Of a DNA stretch of 64,000 nucleotides, positions 57,991 through 64,000 are shown piece by piece. The notes under the pieces are model-generated. The model was given only the letters and a program-made list of their open reading frames with translations, did no database searches and was not told the origin of the DNA. Location: the NCBI GenBank assembly GCA_002427735.1, contig DIYP01000007.1:629049-693048 (forward strand). Direction: 5' to 3'. The position numbers and the translations under genes are program-made. Source of the DNA: Flavobacteriales bacterium UBA6051. GTDB taxonomy: Bacteria; Bacteroidota; Bacteroidia; Flavobacteriales_D; Crocinitomicaceae. The number at the start of each line of letters is the position of its first letter. Position 1 is the stretch's first letter.

Positions 57991-58557
57991 ATGGCAACTA
58001 CGTCGGATATAAAAAATGGATTGTGCATCAATCACAATGGAAAATTATTTCAAATCATTGAATTTCAGCATGTAAAACCTGGAAAAGGTCCAGCTTTTGT
58101 TCGAACTAAAATGCGACAAATTGAATCTGGAAAAGTATTGGATCATACTTTTTCTGCTGGACATAAAATTGATCCTGTGCGCATCGAAAACCGTGACTAC
58201 CAGTATTTATATCAAGAAGGAGATACGTATGTTTTCATGAACAATCAGAATTACGAGCAGGTAAATATTCCAAAATCAATGGTTGAAAAACCTGACTTTT
58301 TGATGGAGGGAATGGTATGTAGCATTCTATTTCATGCGGAAGAAGAAATGCCTTTGGTCTTAGAACTTCCAATGCATATTATTTCTGAAGTAACTTATAC
58401 TGAACCAGGTATTAAAGGTGACACAGCGACGAATACAATGAAACCAGCAACGATTGCTACTGGAGCTGAAGTTCGAGTTCCACTTTTTATTGATACTGGC
58501 GAAACAATTAAAATTGATACACGCACAGGCGTTTACGTTGAACGTGTTAAGAATTAA
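57991..58557 (+). CDS. efp: Elongation factor P
   Basis: 188 aa. The loop FQHVKPGKGPAFVRTKMR has Lys32 at the tip. The C-terminal OB domains are conserved. Confidence 0.95.
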   Translation: MATTSDIKNGLCINHNGKLFQIIEFQHVKPGKGPAFVRTKMRQIESGKVLDHTFSAGHKIDPVRIENRDYQYLYQEGDTYVFMNNQNYEQVNIPKSMVEKPDFLMEGMVCSILFHAEEEMPLVLELPMHIISEVTYTEPGIKGDTATNTMKPATIATGAEVRVPLFIDTGETIKIDTRTGVYVERVKN

Positions 58558-58577
58558 ATTGACGCATTCATTAATTG

Positions 58578-58609
58578 AAGCGCTTTCGTAAAGGGAGCGC
58601 TTTTCTTTT
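58578..58609 (+). terminator. Intrinsic terminator after efp
   Basis: AAGCGCT (58578-58584) pairs with AGCGCTT (58596-58602), followed by the T-rich tract TTTTCTTTT. Confidence 0.6.
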
Positions 58610-58626
58610 AAATCATTTTAATCATC

Positions 58627-59115
58627 ATGAAACTGGTAGCCATACTAATTCTTTCTTTCATCTGCTTCTGGACAGGCGCACAAGAAAAAAGAAACCTTTT
58701 TGAAGTTGTTGCAGGTGCTGACTCAATCATTGCCATTCGCCACATCAATACGTCTAATGGAGACATAATGGTCGTCGATCGAAAAGGAAACTATGTGCAG
58801 CAACCCAACTTAACCCTCTTTGATGGACAAATAAATGATGCTGTTATCGAAGAGCGTGTAAGGTTATCAGATACAGAGATCGAAGCATTCAAGAATATAT
58901 TGATTGCCAAAACAGGTTTTAGCATTAGAGGAATGAACTTTGACCCTCATCATACTATTCTCATTTATTCCAAGAAGAAGATGAGCTATATTGATATGTG
59001 CTTTGAATGTCAAAGTCACGTGGCATCATTGGACCTTGCAAATTTTGGTTTTGACGAAACCCAATGGTCGAGTCTTCAAGATTTCTTTAAAAACATTGCG
59101 TTAATCGAAGAATGA
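58627..59115 (+). CDS. Secreted protein, unknown function
   Basis: 162 aa with a signal peptide (WTGAQ) and a C-x-x-C pair (CFECQ). Its stop overlaps the next start (ATGA). Confidence 0.55.
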   Translation: MKLVAILILSFICFWTGAQEKRNLFEVVAGADSIIAIRHINTSNGDIMVVDRKGNYVQQPNLTLFDGQINDAVIEERVRLSDTEIEAFKNILIAKTGFSIRGMNFDPHHTILIYSKKKMSYIDMCFECQSHVASLDLANFGFDETQWSSLQDFFKNIALIEE

Positions 59116-59459
59116 TCATCAATTACAACGGAAAACGTTTTCGCCCAGTCCAAAATTCAGATAATGGAGAAACGAGCGCTGATACGCTTTTTGAATACAA
59201 ACAAGAAGGTGAAATCCTTTCTTCTCATTACTCAGGCGGACAGATTATTCAAGGCCATCTCATTGGTCTCGTAGATGAAAAAGGAAACATTTCCATGCGC
59301 TATCATCAAGTAAATTCTAACGGAGAGCTTATGACCGGTATATGTACATCTCACCCCGAGGTTTTAGAAGATGGCAGAATTCGCCTGCACGAAAGCTGGG
59401 AATGGACTTCCGGTGATCGTTCTTCGGGCTCTTCAATACTAGAAGAAGTGAAAGAATGA
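59112..59459 (+). CDS. Small soluble protein, unknown function
   Basis: 115 aa with no signal peptide. ATGA overlaps at both ends imply translational coupling. Confidence 0.55.
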   Translation: MIINYNGKRFRPVQNSDNGETSADTLFEYKQEGEILSSHYSGGQIIQGHLIGLVDEKGNISMRYHQVNSNGELMTGICTSHPEVLEDGRIRLHESWEWTSGDRSSGSSILEEVKE

Positions 59460-60172
59460 AAGCTCCAGCGAAAACGTATTTTAACTGGAGTTCCGGAAAA
59501 GATGCCGCCATGGCTCTTTATCGTATGCAGCGGAGCGATGAGTTTTCTATAGAACTGCTGCTCACCTCTGTAAACACGCATCATGACAGAGTTTCTATGC
59601 ACGGACTTCAACGATCATTGTTAGAGCAACAAATCCAATCAATAGGAATTCCGTTTACGACTATTGAACTTCCCGAGGAATCTTCTATGGATGATTACAA
59701 CGCTATCATGAAAGCCAAAGTTGAGGAACTTACGTCAAAAAATTTTACGCATACCGCTTTCGGTGACATTTTCCTTGAAGACTTAAGAGCATATCGCGAA
59801 GAGCAACTAAAGATCCATGAAATTCAATGTATTTTTCCCCTTTGGAAAGAGAAAACAAAAGATCTATTAAAGGAATTCATTGATTTGGGTTTCAAAGCGA
59901 TTGTTATCTGTACGAAGGCAGAATTGCTGGGCGAAGCATTTATTGGTCGTGAAATAGATCATAGCTTCATCAACGACCTGCCAGAGAATGTGGATCCTTG
60001 TGGTGAAAATGGAGAGTTCCATACCTTTTGTTATGATGGCCCGATATTTTCTTCCCCCGTTCAATTCAATATTGGTGACAAAGTTTATCGATCCTACAAA
60101 AACCCGGATCAAAATGCGATGAATGACTCCATTGGCTTCTGGTTTTGCGACCTCCTTCCTGTCAACAATTAA
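59456..60172 (+). CDS. Dph6/MJ0570-like ATP-pyrophosphatase (adenine nucleotide alpha-hydrolase, ATP_bind_4 family)
   Basis: The PP-loop-like N-terminus is YFNWSSGKDAA. Also present are FGDIFLEDLR.YRE, PLW, CGENGEFHTF, as in diphthine-ammonia ligase-type proteins. Confidence 0.7.
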   Translation: MKAPAKTYFNWSSGKDAAMALYRMQRSDEFSIELLLTSVNTHHDRVSMHGLQRSLLEQQIQSIGIPFTTIELPEESSMDDYNAIMKAKVEELTSKNFTHTAFGDIFLEDLRAYREEQLKIHEIQCIFPLWKEKTKDLLKEFIDLGFKAIVICTKAELLGEAFIGREIDHSFINDLPENVDPCGENGEFHTFCYDGPIFSSPVQFNIGDKVYRSYKNPDQNAMNDSIGFWFCDLLPVNN

Positions 60173-60264
60173 TTTGTTCTTTGCTAAACAGTTTTAGTAA
60201 AAAATTTATACCTTGTAAATACATAACGCTAATACCAAAAATCTAAACCGCTACTACCAGTATT

Positions 60265-60666
60265 ATGCAAGAACTCAAGACCGACAAGTATTCTTTTCGG
60301 GTTGTTTCCCCTGGCATTCTCGAATTGTTAATTAATGATAACGTGACTCTTGATACGTCTGACGCCGTTATCCTAAAAGAAATGACGACAAAACTGAGTA
60401 AAAATAAACCTTACTCCGTTTTAGCCAAGTCTGGTTATTTTACAAATGCTTCACCAGAATTTTTGAGGGAATCAGCTGCTACAAATATACATGGATTGAA
60501 TACTGCAAGAGCAATTATTGTAAATTCACTAGGTCATAGAATGGCAGGAAATTTCTACCTCAAAATGAACAGACCCATAGTGGAAACAAGGCTTTTCAGC
60601 AGTCGAGAAACGGCTTTAAGATGGCTGAGGGAAAAACAGAAAAAAGTCAAAGATCAAGTTGCATGA
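60265..60666 (+). CDS. Hypothetical protein
   Basis: 133 aa soluble ORF with no convincing motif. Confidence 0.5.
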   Translation: MQELKTDKYSFRVVSPGILELLINDNVTLDTSDAVILKEMTTKLSKNKPYSVLAKSGYFTNASPEFLRESAATNIHGLNTARAIIVNSLGHRMAGNFYLKMNRPIVETRLFSSRETALRWLREKQKKVKDQVA

Positions 60667-60709
60667 ATAGCTTCACATCTTTACTTTTAATTCTATAAAC
60701 AATCCCATT

Positions 60710-61420
60710 ATGAGATCCTTTGTTTTTATCTTTTTTGCAGGTTATGCGCTTCTGGCGTGCACAAGTCCTGAAAATCAATCCAGTGAGCAACCTGATAGCA
60801 AAAATGATACTATAAAACATGAAGGAAACGCTGAAGAAAGTGATGAAGATATTGAAGGTACGCCTTGGTTTCAATTACAAGATTTGTTTAAAAGTGAAAA
60901 CAGTGATGTTGTCAACACTATTGCAATGGGGAACTTTGATTTAGCTGTGCAAAAAGCTAATCAATACCTCAATGATCCAAAGCTCCAGCTTACTGCTACA
61001 CAACAAGCGAATCTTCGTTATATGCACATCTTTGCTATGGCTGGATTGGTCGCTGATGGTAAAAGAACAAACAATGACCTCGAGATGGTCATGAATCAAT
61101 ACAAAGATTTGCACCTTATCACGCAGCATTTACCCATCACGAAAGGAAATGCGATGCCTTTTAATCAGATTCAAATTGAAAAAATGAAACGCACATCTTT
61201 AGATGTAACAGTAACTGATAATGAAGGCTTAACCATTCACAGCTTCCTCAGAATAGAACTAAACAATCCTTTTGAGCTAAACGAGCATATAGGAGAAAGA
61301 GCCTACATAAGCGGTATACTATCTGCAACAGAATTGAGTTCTCCGGATATTTTAAGTTGGATTTCTGGACTAACGCTGAAAGATGCTGAAATCCATATTT
61401 TGGAAAATGACTTTGAATAA
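60710..61420 (+). CDS. Lipoprotein, unknown function
   Basis: Lipobox (LLAC) followed by an acidic low-complexity linker. Confidence 0.55.
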   Translation: MRSFVFIFFAGYALLACTSPENQSSEQPDSKNDTIKHEGNAEESDEDIEGTPWFQLQDLFKSENSDVVNTIAMGNFDLAVQKANQYLNDPKLQLTATQQANLRYMHIFAMAGLVADGKRTNNDLEMVMNQYKDLHLITQHLPITKGNAMPFNQIQIEKMKRTSLDVTVTDNEGLTIHSFLRIELNNPFELNEHIGERAYISGILSATELSSPDILSWISGLTLKDAEIHILENDFE

Positions 61421-61450
61421 ACTGTATCGTAGTTTTCGTATCTTTATGAT

Positions 61451-61903
61451 ATGTCTGAAAAGTTTAAAAATCCGATTGATCCAGATAAAATAACTGAAAC
61501 GCCCAGTTCACTGGAGTATGGACACCATCTAGGTTCTGCGATTGTAAAACCCGAAGATCAGGGTAAAATGAAAGGACGTGCTCTTTCAGCTATGGAGCAT
61601 CAGACAGATATGCAACTGGATCAGATTTATCAGCAAATGCAATTACTTGCTGAGCAGGCGAAGAAGTTAAATAGTCGCAAAGAAATTTCAGAGATTATTT
61701 ATCAAGCTGAGATGCGTTTTGAACCAATTATCAATCATGTCTATCATTTGTATGAGAAAGAAGATAAATCCTATCTTTTATCCTTAATTGCCCCTGACCA
61801 GTGGGGACGTTCGAAAAAGAATTTTGAATTTCTAGCGACAGTGCGTCTGCTCGCCGATCATACTTGGGACATTATTGAGAAACGTGAGGACGCGGAAATC
61901 TAA
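61451..61903 (+). CDS. DUF2452-like protein
   Basis: 150 aa. NPIDPDKI.E.P.....GH..GSA.VKPEDQGK.KGRA and the following coiled region match my recollection of DUF2452. Confidence 0.5.
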   Translation: MSEKFKNPIDPDKITETPSSLEYGHHLGSAIVKPEDQGKMKGRALSAMEHQTDMQLDQIYQQMQLLAEQAKKLNSRKEISEIIYQAEMRFEPIINHVYHLYEKEDKSYLLSLIAPDQWGRSKKNFEFLATVRLLADHTWDIIEKREDAEI

Positions 61904-62415
61904 GCGTATTTTGGGTTGATTATCGAATACTGATGCTCATCTAATACTTTTCCGTTTTTTACAACTCGCTTTCTTGATACCCCCTCTTTTAGAAAACCAT
62001 TTTTTTCCAGAATTCTCATCGATCCCCGATTGTATTCAAAAACACCCGCATGAATTCTGATAAGATTCATGGTCTCAAAACCATATTGAACAATCTGTCG
62101 AACGGCCTCAGTTCCTATCCCCTTCCCCCAATAATCTTCGCCAACAAAATACCCCAACTCAGCTGTTCTGGAATAAATATCGGATTCTGGATGAAGACCT
62201 ATATTCCCAACATGCTCTCCGTCCTTCTCAATGGCAAATATACTGATGGGATCCGCTGAAAGTGTTCTAGAAATGAATTGAGAAGCATGTTCTAGAGTGT
62301 AAGGATGAGGAAATCCATCTCTTAAATTGTCACTAATATTCGCGTTATTCGCTATTGAGGCGAGTCTCTGAGCATCTGAACTTTTGAAAGGTCTTAGTTG
62401 AATCGTATTCTCCAT
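61900..62415 (-). CDS. GNAT-family N-acetyltransferase (RimJ/RimL-like)
   Basis: LRPF...DA, GYFVGEDYWGKGIGTEA and N..S.R.LEKNGF motifs. Confidence 0.8.
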   Translation of the reverse strand: MENTIQLRPFKSSDAQRLASIANNANISDNLRDGFPHPYTLEHASQFISRTLSADPISIFAIEKDGEHVGNIGLHPESDIYSRTAELGYFVGEDYWGKGIGTEAVRQIVQYGFETMNLIRIHAGVFEYNRGSMRILEKNGFLKEGVSRKRVVKNGKVLDEHQYSIINPKYA

Positions 62416-62418
62416 CTG

Positions 62419-63186
62419 TCAACGTGTAAAAACCCACTCGTCTTCTGTAGATTGGTTCACATCAAACATATAACCTTCTGTATTGAAAAGCTTTACGTCT
62501 TCCGGATTAGAAATGTTATGATCCACAATATAACGCGCCATAAAACCTCTGGCTTTCTTCGCATACACCATTACCACCTTGTATTTCCCATCTTTAAACT
62601 CTTTGAAAACAGGTGTGATGACTCTTCCCTTTAGTGCTTTGCGGTCAACTGCCTTGAAATATTCATTTGAGGCCAAATTGATGATTACACCATCTTCATT
62701 TTCCGCATTAATTTGCTCAGCAATCTTTGTACCCCAAAACTTGTACAAATTATTTTTAGCAGGTGTCACGGCCCACTTGGTTCCCATTTCCAAACGGTAA
62801 GGATAAACCACATCCAAGGGTTTGAGTATCCCGTATAAACCGGATAAAATACGGACCTTTCCTTGGGCAACTTCCAACTGCTTCTTTGTCATCGAAGGAG
62901 CATCCAATCCACGGTATACTTCTCCATTAAAAACCGCACCAGCTTGTCCATTTTCTCCATTGATTTCCGTCTCTGGTTTCCAGGTTTGAAATCGTTGATG
63001 ATTCAATTCTGACAAGTCTTTTGACAAAGACATCATTTTCCCAATTTTACCTGAAGAAAACTTACTTAACTTTTTCACTAATCCTTCAGCTTCGTCCATA
63101 AAAACAGGAGAAGTTGTCTCTGCTGAATTAATCTTTTTATCGAAGTCTAAGGCCTTCGCGGGGGATAACAAAACTTTCATAATCAA
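62419..63186 (-). CDS. yaaA: Peroxide stress protein YaaA (DUF328/UPF0246)
   Basis: MKVLLSPAKALDF, ..Y.GL, LRILSGLYG.L.P.D...PYRLEM and INLAS.EY are family signatures. Confidence 0.85.
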   Translation of the reverse strand: MIMKVLLSPAKALDFDKKINSAETTSPVFMDEAEGLVKKLSKFSSGKIGKMMSLSKDLSELNHQRFQTWKPETEINGENGQAGAVFNGEVYRGLDAPSMTKKQLEVAQGKVRILSGLYGILKPLDVVYPYRLEMGTKWAVTPAKNNLYKFWGTKIAEQINAENEDGVIINLASNEYFKAVDRKALKGRVITPVFKEFKDGKYKVVMVYAKKARGFMARYIVDHNISNPEDVKLFNTEGYMFDVNQSTEDEWVFTR

Positions 63187-63249
63187 GTATACTCAAACCA
63201 GTTGAAATATCAAATAAATCCAACCGTATTTGAATACACCTTCTTAAAA

Positions 63250-64000
63250 TTACAACAGTAAGGTGAAGTAGCCGTGATAGGTCGTTCCATCTACTTCGAA
63301 AACGTAGTAGTAAGTGCCTTCTGCTGCAACAGTTCCAGACATTGTTATTCCAGCCCAATAAATAGATCCGGTCTCGTCTGAATCCCACATAATATTTCCC
63401 CATCTGTTTAAAATGAGTACGTGCACATCTTCACAATCTCCTGTCAGGATTGGATGAAAGGTTTCATTTTGCAAATCACCGTTTGGTGTGAATACGTTTG
63501 GAGCGGCTACTTGACACTCGCATTCTAGTTTTATGAACAGTGTATCCGTCGCTTTACATCCTGTCCAATTATCCGTAACCTCCAGTACAATCATTGTGTC
63601 CATTTCAGGAAATACAGTTGGACTTGAAATAAGTGAGTCACTCACTAAATCTCCTGGACTCCATAAATAACTGTAGAACGAAATTATCGAATCCCCTACT
63701 TGCTTAAGTTCCGGTTCGCAAATGGTGATATCCTCCCCTGCCATAGCTAATGGGTTTGCCAGCACAATTATGTCTTGAATGGTAGAATCAATTCCACAAC
63801 TATCCACCACTGTTAACGTAACCGGATAGGTTCCCGGTCCATTAAAAGAAATAGGCGGAGGATTCTCTCCATTGAAACTTGGAGGATTGGCACTATTCCC
63901 AAAGTTCCATTCATATTGAGCACCAGCATTTGCAATACTTGTATTGACCAACTGAATGATCTCACCCTCACACCAAGTTTGATTGGGTTCGAAGGCTGGT
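63250..64000 (-). CDS. T9SS cargo protein with PKD-like repeats and a type B (gliding-motility-associated, CHU_C) C-terminal domain; 5' end outside the window
   Basis: The reading frame stays open from 63951 to the window edge (the track's M is a TTG codon). The C-terminus PNVFTPNGD..NE.F.P.......V...I.NRWG...W.......WAG is the type B sorting domain. Confidence 0.8.
   Translation of the reverse strand, partial: PAFEPNQTWCEGEIIQLVNTSIANAGAQYEWNFGNSANPPSFNGENPPPISFNGPGTYPVTLTVVDSCGIDSTIQDIIVLANPLAMAGEDITICEPELKQVGDSIISFYSYLWSPGDLVSDSLISSPTVFPEMDTMIVLEVTDNWTGCKATDTLFIKLECECQVAAPNVFTPNGDLQNETFHPILTGDCEDVHVLILNRWGNIMWDSDETGSIYWAGITMSGTVAAEGTYYYVFEVDGTTYHGYFTLLL

Overview
This 64-kb chromosomal segment looks like a Bacteroidota (Flavobacteriia-type) genome. 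Evidence: it is AT-rich (high-30s % GC by eye). It carries type IX secretion (T9SS) parts and cargo: PorP/SprF, a PorX-type receiver-PglZ regulator, and one type A and one type B C-terminal sorting domain. Several genes are preceded by the Bacteroidetes -7 promoter box TAnnTTTG.

I support about 62 CDS, one tRNA-His, several intrinsic terminators and a few candidate regulatory sites. I saw no transposase, integrase, prophage gene, rRNA or CRISPR array.

Most of the window is housekeeping:
- Metabolism and translation: pabA/trpG-type amidotransferase, RidA, 2-oxoacid dehydrogenase E2, prfC, tsaE, guaB, efp, yaaA.
- A SurA/PpiD-like PPIase triad followed by MoxR.
- Envelope polysaccharide genes.

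The stretch from about 26 to 35.5 kb looks more accessory: katG, two AraC regulators, a C45 peptidase-like protein, a CBM9-like/beta-lactamase-fold hydrolase, a VOC protein and a YafY/WYL regulator.

I could not identify a recognisable defence or toxin system. The items most worth follow-up are:
1. A roughly 180-nt structured region in a 300-bp convergent intergenic gap (candidate sRNA).
2. A 7TM membrane protein whose C-terminus resembles an OmpR/PhoB winged helix, next to a helically phased TTGTGA hexamer array.
3. A translationally coupled three-gene cluster ending in a Dph6-like ATP-pyrophosphatase, directly downstream of efp.
4. Tandem TPR/PD40 paralogues, one with a degenerate OmpA-like domain.
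5. A perfect 34-bp tandem repeat upstream of moxR.
6. A KatG with an apparent signal peptide.

All functional calls come from reading the translations and motifs by eye. No database search was run.
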